Virus record (IMG/VR): IMGVR_UViG_3300017913_001923 | Coordinates: 1-25,575 of that record | Source: a virus | Taxonomy: Duplodnaviria; Caudoviricetes | Length of the DNA stretch: 25,575 nt | Strand: one strand, 5' to 3' | Shown here: one piece after another, positions 15,656 through 23,713 of the stretch | Position numbering within the stretch: the first letter of the stretch is position 1 | Layout of the letters: every line of letters begins with the position of its first letter | Notes under the pieces: generated by a model | Databases searched by the model: none | The model's input: only the letters and a program-made list of their open reading frames with translations | Told to the model about the DNA's origin: nothing | Program-made: the position numbers and the translations under genes

Positions 15656-16723
15656 ATGAATACATTTTTCAAAGGACTGCTTGTCCTTATGCTGTCTGCG
15701 TTTTTGACAGCATCAGCGCAAGCAGCAACAAAAGTAGGTTTCATCTATGTGGGACCAATTGGTGATCACGGTTGGACATATCGTCACGACATTGGTCGAC
15801 AGCAAGTTGAAGAAGCATTTGGCGATCAAGTAGAGACTGTATATCTTGAAAGTGTACAGTACGGACCAGAAGCTGAAATGGCAATTCGTCAAATGGCACA
15901 GAGTGGTGTAGACATTATCTTTGCTACATCATTTGGTTATATGGAACCAATGCTTAAAGTTGCAAAAGACTTTCCAGATGTAAAGTTTGAACATGCGACT
16001 GGTTACAAGCAGTCTGACAATATGGCAAGCTATGGTCTTCGTCTGTATCAAGCTCGTCACGTACAAGGCATCATCGCTGGTATGATGACAAAGACTAATA
16101 AGATCTGTTATGTTGGTGCATATCCAATCCCAGAAGTTATTCGTGAGATCAATACTTTCTACATGGGTGCTAAGAAGATGAACCCAGATGTAGACATTGA
16201 CATTGTGTGGGTTAACACTTGGTATGATCCAGGCAAAGAGTCTGATGCTGCAAAAGTTATGATTGCAGAAGGTTGTGATATGGTTGCTCAGCACACTGAC
16301 TCTCCTGCACCGCTCCAGGCTGCAGAGAAGGCAGGTGTATTTGGTTTTGGTCAAGCCTCTGACCAATTCAACTTTGCACCAAAGGCTCAGCTTACTGCCA
16401 CAATTGATAACTGGGGTCCTTACTATATTAAGAAAGTACAAGCTGTAATTGATGGTACGTGGGAAACTAACGACTACTTTGGTCATATGAATGAAGGCGC
16501 TGTTCAGATGGCTCCATTTACTAACATGCCAGATGAAGTTGCTGCAGTAGCGCAGAAGGTTAAAGATGCTATTTCTGCAGGCGAGTACTTTGCATTCACT
16601 GGTCCTATCAAGGACAACAATGGTAACCTGCAACTAGCAGACGGTGTTGTTGCTGATGACGCACATCTGAATACAATGATGTACTATGTCGAAGGTATTG
16701 ATGCTAAGGTACCAGGACAGTAA
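15656..16723 (+). CDS. BMP-family (PnrA/Med-like) ABC transporter periplasmic substrate-binding protein, probably purine/nucleoside-binding
   Basis: Signal peptide ending AQA|A; KVGFIYVGPIGDHGWTYRHD, IFATSFGY, FEHATGY, NTWYDPGKE and QHTDSP motifs; SD AAAGGATAGGA. Confidence 0.9.
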   Translation: MNTFFKGLLVLMLSAFLTASAQAATKVGFIYVGPIGDHGWTYRHDIGRQQVEEAFGDQVETVYLESVQYGPEAEMAIRQMAQSGVDIIFATSFGYMEPMLKVAKDFPDVKFEHATGYKQSDNMASYGLRLYQARHVQGIIAGMMTKTNKICYVGAYPIPEVIREINTFYMGAKKMNPDVDIDIVWVNTWYDPGKESDAAKVMIAEGCDMVAQHTDSPAPLQAAEKAGVFGFGQASDQFNFAPKAQLTATIDNWGPYYIKKVQAVIDGTWETNDYFGHMNEGAVQMAPFTNMPDEVAAVAQKVKDAISAGEYFAFTGPIKDNNGNLQLADGVVADDAHLNTMMYYVEGIDAKVPGQ

Positions 16724-16725
16724 AA

Positions 16726-17583
16726 ATGATTCCAGTAATTGATTTCAAAAGTGAAACAGTACTGGACGAGATTCGCGAGGCCTACACTACTGTAGGCTTC
16801 GCAGTCTTTTCAAATGCATTGGACGAAGCAGACAGTGCTAAAATGAATAGATGGCACAAAAAGATGCAAGAGTTCTTTGCACTGCCAGTAGAAACAAAAA
16901 AGCAGTATCCTTATGACCCTGAGACCAATTTAGGATACAGTATGGTAGGAGACGAGAACGTAGATCCTACTGCACCAAAAGATTTAAAAGAATCATTCAA
17001 CTACAATGACATGCGTATGCCAAATAAACTATGGCCTGACCTACCTGGGTTTCTTGCTAGTGGTTTGGATAGTATCTATGTAGCTGATAGACTAACATTA
17101 AGTATACTTCGTAAGTTTGATAAGATACTTGATACAGGAACCACACTAGAAGACGCTCACAAACAACCTTACAATACTACAAGAGTGATACATTATCCTG
17201 CTTATGATGGTCCTATTGAAGACAAGCAGATGCGTATTGGTGAACACTCTGACTATGGTACCATTACGCTGCTGTGGCAGATCAATGATGTACCAGGCTT
17301 GGAAGTACAAGATTTAGAAGGTCAATGGCATCCTGTTCCATATGCAGAAGACGGTGTTGTAGTAAACATTGGTGATCTATTACAACGATGGACAAACGAT
17401 TACTTTGTCAGCACAAAGCATAGAGTTGTGAATAGTCACATTCATCTTCCTCGCTATAGTATGCCTCACTTTGTTGATCCTACACCTGGTACAATAGTTG
17501 AAAACCTGAGAGATGAACCTGCAAAGTATGATCCTATTGAGAGTAAAGAATATCTCATGTGGAGACTTGCACAAAGTTATTAA
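16726..17583 (+). CDS. Isopenicillin-N-synthase-like 2OG-Fe(II) dioxygenase
   Basis: IPVIDF N-terminus, HYP, HSDYGTITLL (HxD), VNIGDLLQRWTN, KHRV (distal His) and RYS (RxS 2OG-binding). Confidence 0.92.
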   Translation: MIPVIDFKSETVLDEIREAYTTVGFAVFSNALDEADSAKMNRWHKKMQEFFALPVETKKQYPYDPETNLGYSMVGDENVDPTAPKDLKESFNYNDMRMPNKLWPDLPGFLASGLDSIYVADRLTLSILRKFDKILDTGTTLEDAHKQPYNTTRVIHYPAYDGPIEDKQMRIGEHSDYGTITLLWQINDVPGLEVQDLEGQWHPVPYAEDGVVVNIGDLLQRWTNDYFVSTKHRVVNSHIHLPRYSMPHFVDPTPGTIVENLRDEPAKYDPIESKEYLMWRLAQSY

Positions 17584-17586
17584 GTG

Positions 17587-17615
17587 TTGATCTTTCTACT
17601 ATTTCTGCGTATAAT
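17587..17615 (+). promoter_or_regulatory. Sigma70-type promoter TTGATC-N17-TATAAT
   Basis: Intergenic, 17-nt spacer, upstream of rnh. Confidence 0.7.
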
Positions 17616-17643
17616 AAGCCTACAGAATTAAATAGGTGATTAC

Positions 17644-18495
17644 ATGATTTTAGTAGACTTTAGTGGTGTGTGCATCTCCTCGATCGTTATGCACAAAGAT
17701 CTGGACGAAGGCCTTGCGCGGCATGCAGTCCTAAACTCTCTTCGAATGTACAATACCAAGTTCAAGAAAGACTATGGTGAAATGGTCTTGGCTTGTGATG
17801 GTGCTAACAATTGGCGAAGAGGATACTTTCCTCAATACAAAGCAGCTCGTCGAACAAACAGAGCTTCTGCATCTCTTGATTGGGAACGTATCTTTGAACT
17901 TATGACGATGATCAGAGAAGAGATCAAAGAGAACTTTCCGTATAAGTTAGTGCGTGTAGAAGGATGTGAGGCTGATGACGTAAGTGGTACTCTGGTTGAA
18001 CACTCACAAGAGTTTGGCAACTACGAACCAATTATGATCGTATCTGCAGACGGAGACTTCAAGCAGCTCCAAAAGTATGATAACGTCAAGCAGTTCTCAC
18101 CTCTACTCAAGAAAGAGGTTATCGAAAAGAATCCTCGCTTGCATCTTCAAGAGAAGATCCTCAAAGGGGATACTGGAGATGGTGTACCTAACGTATTATC
18201 AGATGATGACACTTTTGTTGATGGTTCAAGACAGACTCCTCTTCGTAAAAAGAAGATGGAAGAGATCATTGCTGACCTATCAGAAGGTGAACTTCTCTAT
18301 GCAGCTAGTTGGTATCGTAACTACTGCCGCAATGAAACTTTGATTGATCTATCAAAAACTCCACAACACCTCAAAGAAACGATTATAAGTATCTTTGAAG
18401 AACAAGATCCTTGGCATAATAAAGGTAAGGTTTTTCCGTATCTTGTAGCCAAGCGAATGAATAGATTAATTGAAAGTGCTCAGGAGTTTATTTAA
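17644..18495 (+). CDS. rnh: T4-type RNase H (5'-3' exonuclease, FEN family)
   Basis: MILVDFS, WRRGYFPQYKAAR, EADD, SADGDFKQLQ and GDTGDGVPN motifs. Confidence 0.92.
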   Translation: MILVDFSGVCISSIVMHKDLDEGLARHAVLNSLRMYNTKFKKDYGEMVLACDGANNWRRGYFPQYKAARRTNRASASLDWERIFELMTMIREEIKENFPYKLVRVEGCEADDVSGTLVEHSQEFGNYEPIMIVSADGDFKQLQKYDNVKQFSPLLKKEVIEKNPRLHLQEKILKGDTGDGVPNVLSDDDTFVDGSRQTPLRKKKMEEIIADLSEGELLYAASWYRNYCRNETLIDLSKTPQHLKETIISIFEEQDPWHNKGKVFPYLVAKRMNRLIESAQEFI

Positions 18496-18911
18496 TGGCA
18501 TTATATGTTTATGAAGTAATTGATAAGGTGAAGTCTCAGAAAAAGAAAGCTGACAAAGTCCAAGTTCTAAAGGACAATGAATCGTGGGCTTTGAAAGATA
18601 TCATTAGAGGTACATTTGATAGTAGTGTCTTATGGAACCTCCCGGCAGGAAATCCCCCTTATACTCCTGCCACGGAACAAAGTCATCCGTCAAATCTTCT
18701 CAGAGAAAACAAACAGTTTAAATATTTCGTTAAAGGTGGTCCAGGAGACAAACTTCCTGCCTATAAACGCGAAAACATTTTTATCGGTTTGATTGAGGGA
18801 GTGCATCCAAAAGATGCTGAACTCGTTATATCCATGATCAACAAAGAGAAACCCAAAGGTCTTACTAGACCCGTTGTAGAGGAGGCGTTCCCAGGTTTGC
18901 TAGTAGACTAG
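18495..18911 (+). CDS. Conserved T4-like phage protein (recalled as DUF6433-like)
   Basis: WNLPAGNPPY...KRENIFIGLIEGVHPKDAEL...VVEEAFPGL motif; follows rnh. Confidence 0.75.
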   Translation: MALYVYEVIDKVKSQKKKADKVQVLKDNESWALKDIIRGTFDSSVLWNLPAGNPPYTPATEQSHPSNLLRENKQFKYFVKGGPGDKLPAYKRENIFIGLIEGVHPKDAELVISMINKEKPKGLTRPVVEEAFPGLLVD

Positions 18912-18944
18912 AGGGTAAACATTAACCCTTGGAGAAAACTACGC

Positions 18945-19103
18945 ATGGTATTAGCTCAGCTGGAAAGATTAAAAAAGGACGTTACGGAACTAGAGATTTA
19001 CGCTAGGAAGCTAGAAAAGAAAGGACACCTGGACCGTATGAAGAAGATTCTAGCAAAACAAGATTTCTTAAAACGTCGAATTGCTGAGGTTCAATTTAAT
19101 TAA
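18945..19103 (+). CDS. 52-aa basic coiled-coil protein (below the ORF-track cutoff)
   Basis: SD GGAG at 18931-18934, ATG 18945; MVLAQLERLKKDVTELEIYARKLEKKGHLDRMKKILAKQDFLKRRIAEVQFN. Confidence 0.75.
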   Translation: MVLAQLERLKKDVTELEIYARKLEKKGHLDRMKKILAKQDFLKRRIAEVQFN

Positions 19104-19116
19104 ATAAAAATAGGAG

Positions 19117-19145
19117 TTTACTTATCCCTGTTAGTGGTGTATAAT
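19117..19145 (+). promoter_or_regulatory. Sigma70/T4 early-type promoter TTTACT-N17-TATAAT
   Basis: gTTTAC box, 17-nt spacer, TATAAT at 19140-19145, upstream A-tract. Confidence 0.8.
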
Positions 19146-19165
19146 AAATCATCGTTAACAGGGAT
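19124..19165 (+). promoter_or_regulatory. 16-bp stem-loop with the -10 box in the loop and the putative RBS in the 3' arm
   Basis: ATCCCTGTTAGTGGTG [TATAATAAAT] CATCGTTAACAGGGAT: 13 Watson-Crick plus 3 G-U pairs. Confidence 0.8.
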
Positions 19166-19174
19166 TTGTATTTT

Positions 19175-19768
19175 ATGAATATCTTCGTACTACATAATGA
19201 TCCAGTGATCGCTGCTCAGATGCAATGTGACGCACACGTTGTAAAGATGACACTAGAGTCTATGCAAATGCTTTCAACATGCCACCGTATGCTTGATGGT
19301 AAGCTAACTAAACGTCCATCTATATCTGGTAAACGTATGGTCAAGTATTATGACCTATACGAAGGTGCTGATGATCTTGAAGCCGAAATGCTCTATATGC
19401 GAGCTGTACATTTTGACCACCCATGTAACAAGTGGTTGAGACGATCCGAAGGTAACTACCGTTGGATGTGGGAGCATACAAAGGCACTTTGTAATGAGTA
19501 TACATATCGGTATGGGAAGACTCATAAGAATGAAATGCCACTGCTGTGGGGGTTGCAATCAGCTCCTCGCAACATCCCAGCAGGAGGCATGACACCTTTT
19601 GAACTTGCTATGAAGGATTATCCAGAATGTATGTTTGACGATCCAGTAAAGTCATACAGAGCATTCTATCAACTAAAGCAGCACCATTTCAAGAAACCAA
19701 TGGTGTGGACTAAAAGAAAGAAGCCGAGGTGGTTTAAGTATGCCAACATACACAGTCAAGAAAGCTAA
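19175..19768 (+). CDS. Pyrimidine-dimer DNA glycosylase/DenV-like protein
   Basis: MNIFVL...CDAHVVKMTLESMQMLST...HFDHPCNKW...EYTYRYGKTH family signature; ATG 19175. Confidence 0.7.
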   Translation: MNIFVLHNDPVIAAQMQCDAHVVKMTLESMQMLSTCHRMLDGKLTKRPSISGKRMVKYYDLYEGADDLEAEMLYMRAVHFDHPCNKWLRRSEGNYRWMWEHTKALCNEYTYRYGKTHKNEMPLLWGLQSAPRNIPAGGMTPFELAMKDYPECMFDDPVKSYRAFYQLKQHHFKKPMVWTKRKKPRWFKYANIHSQES

Positions 19769-19976
19769 CTCAGATAGTGATCACGAATGGGATGTAATTT
19801 GTTCTCATACAGAACTCAAAGAGATGTGTGAGGAATATGGTCTTGTGCAAGTATTGAAAGCTCCTAAGATTGTCACTGGTGTAGGTAGTTTGCATAGTAA
19901 AGTTCCAGACGGATTCAAAGACAAATTGAAACAAATTAAAAAAGGCTCTGGTGCAGGAAACACGATTAAAGTATGA
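19740..19976 (+). CDS. Small conserved phage protein (MPTY.., FmdB-like)
   Basis: MPTYT start and KVPDGFKDKLKQIKK C-terminal motif; directly upstream of phoH. Confidence 0.7.
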   Translation: MPTYTVKKANSDSDHEWDVICSHTELKEMCEEYGLVQVLKAPKIVTGVGSLHSKVPDGFKDKLKQIKKGSGAGNTIKV

Positions 19977-20650
19977 AACAACAACCTATCAAAACCGAAG
20001 AGTTGTATGAGTATGAACCTCTAACTGCAAACCAGAAGAGAGCTTTTGATGGTTGGGCAGATGGAGACAATCTTGCACTGATGGGATCTGCTGGTACTGG
20101 TAAGACTTTTCTTGCCATGTATCTTGCTATGGAAGTAGTAGCTGACAAAGGCGAACCCCAAGAGAAGATCTGCTTGTTCCGTTCTGTAGTTCCTACTCGT
20201 GACATGGGGTACCTACCTGGTGACGTAGAAGAAAAGAAAGCTGTATTTGAAACTCCATACAAGAACATTGTTGATGAGATTCTTGGAGGCGATCAACCTT
20301 ACAGAAGAATGATCCACACTCATCAACTAGAGTTTATGACTACGTCGTTTATACGCGGGCTAACACTGGACAATGCCGTGATTATTGTTGATGAGATGCA
20401 GAACCTTAACTTCCACGAGCTTGATTCTGTAATGACTCGAGTTGGTAATAACTGTAGAGTGATCTTCTGTGGCGACTATCATCAGTCAGATTTCAAAGAA
20501 GGACACGAGCGTGAGGGTGTAATTAAATTCACGAGAGTGATTGAACAACTAAAAGATTTTAATGTCATTACATTTGGATGGGACGATATCGTAAGATCAG
20601 ACTTTGTCAGAGACTATATAATGACAAAGGAGATGTTGGGTATTCGATAA
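19973..20650 (+). CDS. phoH: PhoH-family ATPase
   Basis: Walker A GSAGTGKT, MGYLPGD, FIRGLTLD, Walker B IIVDEMQN, GDYHQSD and DIVRS. Confidence 0.95.
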   Translation: MKQQPIKTEELYEYEPLTANQKRAFDGWADGDNLALMGSAGTGKTFLAMYLAMEVVADKGEPQEKICLFRSVVPTRDMGYLPGDVEEKKAVFETPYKNIVDEILGGDQPYRRMIHTHQLEFMTTSFIRGLTLDNAVIIVDEMQNLNFHELDSVMTRVGNNCRVIFCGDYHQSDFKEGHEREGVIKFTRVIEQLKDFNVITFGWDDIVRSDFVRDYIMTKEMLGIR

Positions 20651-21321
20651 TGGAGTTTATACATGAAACAATTGATTTGGGATATGGTGATCTGGTTGCA
20701 GACACACAGTCAACTGGCAGGACTTACATTACTCCTGATGGTGATCGCTATCCTAGCATTACTACAGTTCTTAGCATTCTAAAGGAAGAAGAAATTGCAG
20801 CGTGGCGACGAAGAGTTGGCGAGGATGAAGCGAATAAGATCAGCCATCGAGCTAGCAATCGCGGTACTGCTGTACATAGCATTATTGAGGGATACTTAAA
20901 GAATGAAGATACAACAAACTATCTCCCGCATGTTAGGCAAAGCCTTCAGAACCTGCGGCCAATTCTTGATCGATCTATCGGAAAAATCTTTGGCCTCGAA
21001 ACTCCTCTTTATAGTCGCCATCTTGGTGTGGCTGGTCGTTGTGACTGTGTAGCGGAGTGGGATGGTGTACCATCTATCATCGATTTCAAGACAAGCAGAC
21101 GTCCCAAGAAGAAGGAACAGATTCCAAACTATTTTGCACAAATGTCTGGATACGCTGTCATGTTTGAAGAGCGAACTGGCATGCCTATTGTCAATACTGT
21201 TATTGTTATGGATGTTGACGATAATCAACCGATCGTCTTCAAAGAGCATAGAGACAACTACATCCAGCTCTTGATCGACACTAAAAAAGAATACGATCGC
21301 CGGAAACTTTTTTTTAAATAA
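20650..21321 (+). CDS. PD-(D/E)xK (RecB/Cas4-like) phage exonuclease
   Basis: YPSITTVL, RGTAVH, AGRCDC, IIDFKTS and QMSGYA motifs; TAATG coupling gives ATG 20650. Confidence 0.88.
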   Translation: MEFIHETIDLGYGDLVADTQSTGRTYITPDGDRYPSITTVLSILKEEEIAAWRRRVGEDEANKISHRASNRGTAVHSIIEGYLKNEDTTNYLPHVRQSLQNLRPILDRSIGKIFGLETPLYSRHLGVAGRCDCVAEWDGVPSIIDFKTSRRPKKKEQIPNYFAQMSGYAVMFEERTGMPIVNTVIVMDVDDNQPIVFKEHRDNYIQLLIDTKKEYDRRKLFFK

Positions 21322-21335
21322 AAACGTTTTTCTTG

Positions 21336-21364
21336 TTGACCTTTCTGTAAATGTAGAAGATAAT
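21336..21364 (+). promoter_or_regulatory. Sigma70-type promoter TTGACC-N17-GATAAT
   Basis: Intergenic, AT-rich UP-like region upstream, strong SD GAGGAG downstream. Confidence 0.7.
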
Positions 21365-21394
21365 ATATACATGATCAGAAATGAGGAGCAACAA

Positions 21395-21697
21395 ATGATC
21401 AAAGTTTTTCAGATTGCAGACCAAGAAGCTCTGCACCCAGCATGTACCTTCACTTACGGGATGCCTGTTTCAAGTGCATTCAAGCCTGAAGAGCACATGG
21501 AGAAGTACGAGCATGTAGCTAGCTTGGATGCTGCTACTCTCGACGAAGCATTTGAGGTTGGTAACATTGGCCCTGAGGAGAAGATTGTTCGTCATAGCGA
21601 TCGTATTCATTCTCTTTCAGTTGGTGATATCTTGGAAGTAGACGGTGAGAAGTTCATTGTCGCACGGTGTGGTTTTGATAAACTGGAGGCAGCATAA
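21395..21697 (+). CDS. YodL-like domain protein
   Basis: LDEAF..GN and HSLSVGDIL..DG...V...GF resemble the YodL signature; SD GAGGAG then ATG 21395. Confidence 0.6.
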   Translation: MIKVFQIADQEALHPACTFTYGMPVSSAFKPEEHMEKYEHVASLDAATLDEAFEVGNIGPEEKIVRHSDRIHSLSVGDILEVDGEKFIVARCGFDKLEAA

Positions 21698-22113
21698 TGG
21701 CTATTTGGATGCAAAGGACTTGTGGAGATCTTGAGAACATCATTGAGGAGTTGAACGATAGAGTTCCCTTCAATGGTCCTTGTGAGTTGAAGTATACCAA
21801 GAACAAGCGTCTTGATCGTTTTCGTAGAGCACAAAATGTGATTCACGATATCTTCAACAACGGTCTTGGTAACCGTGGACGTGAAGCTAAGATGTTTGGT
21901 ATTCCTCGCTACGAGCTTCCATATCCTGGTCAGATAGGCACTGACTGGAATCGAATTGAGGACAGACTTGCTCCTATCTTTCGTGAGATTGTCATGGATG
22001 CTGTTCTGGAACAGTTTGGCAAGGACATTTGGCTGTTGATTATGCACAACCATTCTAGTACAATTATCAGTAACGCTATCAAAGAAGGAAGGATTGAAAG
22101 TGCCGCACTTTAG
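21697..22113 (+). CDS. Hypothetical phage protein
   Basis: SD GGAGG, TAATG coupling; LDRFRRAQNVIHDIFNNGLGN motif. Confidence 0.8.
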   Translation: MAIWMQRTCGDLENIIEELNDRVPFNGPCELKYTKNKRLDRFRRAQNVIHDIFNNGLGNRGREAKMFGIPRYELPYPGQIGTDWNRIEDRLAPIFREIVMDAVLEQFGKDIWLLIMHNHSSTIISNAIKEGRIESAAL

Positions 22114-22600
22114 TACAAAAACATATAACCACAGCATTGGTCTCAGTGCTGTGTTTCGTCAGCCTCATGCTGACCATTCTCATTGTAAATATTTGCATGG
22201 ATACAGTCTTGGGTTCAAGTTTACCTTTGGCTGTTCAGATCTTGATAATAAGAACTGGGCTGTGGACTTTGGAGGTCTGAAACCTCTCAAGCAATGGCTC
22301 GAAGATACATTTGATCACAAGGTTGTGATTGATCAGAACGATCCTTATCTTACTGACTTCTTGGAGTTGGAAGAAAAAGGTCTGGCTCAGATTACTATCC
22401 TTGATGGTGTTGGTGCTGAGAAGTTTGCATACCATGCTTGGTTCTTTGCAAACAAGTTGGTTGAGAAGATGACCAATGGTCGTTGCTGGTGTGAGTCAGC
22501 TGAATGTTCTGAGCACGGATCTAACAGTGCTATCTACACCCCGAACCATTATGGTCGTGATGTTTTTGTTGATGAATTTAAACCTGGAGGAACTAGTTAA
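22100..22600 (+). CDS. queD: 6-carboxy-5,6,7,8-tetrahydropterin synthase / PTPS family
   Basis: HSHCKYLHGY (CxxxHG), WAVDFGGLK, FDHK and GAEKFA. Start is GTG 22100 or TTG 22094. Confidence 0.85.
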   Translation: MPHFSTKTYNHSIGLSAVFRQPHADHSHCKYLHGYSLGFKFTFGCSDLDNKNWAVDFGGLKPLKQWLEDTFDHKVVIDQNDPYLTDFLELEEKGLAQITILDGVGAEKFAYHAWFFANKLVEKMTNGRCWCESAECSEHGSNSAIYTPNHYGRDVFVDEFKPGGTS

Positions 22601-23118
22601 TGACAGTATATCTTGATATGGATGGAGTGATTGCAGACTTCTTTGGAGGTATTGCAGATCTACATGGTGTGGGTCATTGGAAGTCTATTAGAGACAAACA
22701 AACTCTAATCAATAGTATCAGGTATACTGACTTCTTTTATAAACTTAAGCCTTTCGAAACTTCTTGGAGACTTGTTGAAAGAGTCAAGAATAAAAGTCAA
22801 GGGGATTGGGGTATCTGCTCATCTCCTCTTGAACAAGACACAAACAACTCTGCTTATTGGAAGCGAAGGTGGCTTGAAGAGTATTCGTTCATGCCTGCTG
22901 TAGATCAGTGCATCTTCACATCTAATAAGCATAAGTATGCTTGGAGTCCTCTTACAGGTGAACCAAACATTCTGATTGATGATAAACCAGAGAACATTAA
23001 GCGTTGGACTGATGCTGGTGGTATTGGTATTAGATATCAAGCAAATGAAGACGATCTTGTAGAGTATCTATTTGAAGAACTAGATGATGCATTGATAAGG
23101 AGTTACCATAATGGCTAG
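22600..23118 (+). CDS. HAD-family 5'(3')-deoxyribonucleotidase
   Basis: YLDMDGVIADF (DxD), CSSP, K..W, ILIDD..N and W..AGG motifs. Confidence 0.85.
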   Translation: MTVYLDMDGVIADFFGGIADLHGVGHWKSIRDKQTLINSIRYTDFFYKLKPFETSWRLVERVKNKSQGDWGICSSPLEQDTNNSAYWKRRWLEEYSFMPAVDQCIFTSNKHKYAWSPLTGEPNILIDDKPENIKRWTDAGGIGIRYQANEDDLVEYLFEELDDALIRSYHNG

Positions 23119-23350
23119 AGAAATGAGTGTTGCTGAAATCCTAATGATGCGTTTTGAGTTTGAAGAGCTCACATCTGGATACAATCTGGCAGTCGATGGA
23201 AGTAGTATAAATAGTCTTGAGTGGTTTGTAGAGAATGGCCATAGGTCAAACTCTCTTCGTAATGGATTTGATGATGCGATGAAACTAGCAAAAACAATTC
23301 TTGCGGAGGCCAAAAAATATGGCAGCACAAAAGAAACTGGAGTCTGGTAG
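23111..23350 (+). CDS. Hypothetical protein
   Basis: SD AAGGAG; 79 aa overlapping both neighbours. Confidence 0.7.
   Translation: MAREMSVAEILMMRFEFEELTSGYNLAVDGSSINSLEWFVENGHRSNSLRNGFDDAMKLAKTILAEAKKYGSTKETGVW
23206..23213 (+). promoter_or_regulatory. T4-type late promoter TATAAATA (intragenic)
   Basis: Exact consensus about 105 nt upstream of ATG 23319. Confidence 0.5.
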
Positions 23351-23693
23351 TCAGTACGAACATTTTGACATTGATGGTGATGGTATTGTTAGCGACGAGG
23401 AGTTTGCCTTGGAACGCGAAATGATGCGTGCAGACAACGAGGATAAAAAAGAGGACCAGATTCGTAGAATGGCCTGGTTTGCTTTGTGGGGTATGTTACT
23501 GTATCCTGTGGGCATCTTTGTTGCAGCTATGGTTGGTTATGAAACAACTGGTCACCTACTAGCTGATATTGCTCCTACATACTTTGTAGCAATCTCGGCG
23601 TTGGTTGGTGCATTCTTTGGAGCTCAGGCTTATCAGAAGAAGGGTTCTACTCCACCACCAGCTCCTCCAAAACCAAGGGCTTTGCCAAAATAA
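23319..23693 (+). CDS. Two-TM membrane protein with an N-terminal EF-hand-like loop
   Basis: SD GGAGG then ATG 23319; DIDGDGIVSDEE; two hydrophobic helices; Pro-rich tail. Confidence 0.75.
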   Translation: MAAQKKLESGSQYEHFDIDGDGIVSDEEFALEREMMRADNEDKKEDQIRRMAWFALWGMLLYPVGIFVAAMVGYETTGHLLADIAPTYFVAISALVGAFFGAQAYQKKGSTPPPAPPKPRALPK

Positions 23694-23713
23694 TTTAACT
23701 AAGGATCTTTGTT

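Noticed and set aside
15929-16633. 234-aa minus-strand ORF, and the other minus-strand ORFs in the track
   Set aside because: Antisense shadows of well-supported + strand genes, with no motifs or RBS.
20650-21321. cas4 as part of a CRISPR-Cas system
   Set aside because: Standalone PD-(D/E)xK exonuclease next to phoH, with no array and no four-Cys Fe-S motif.
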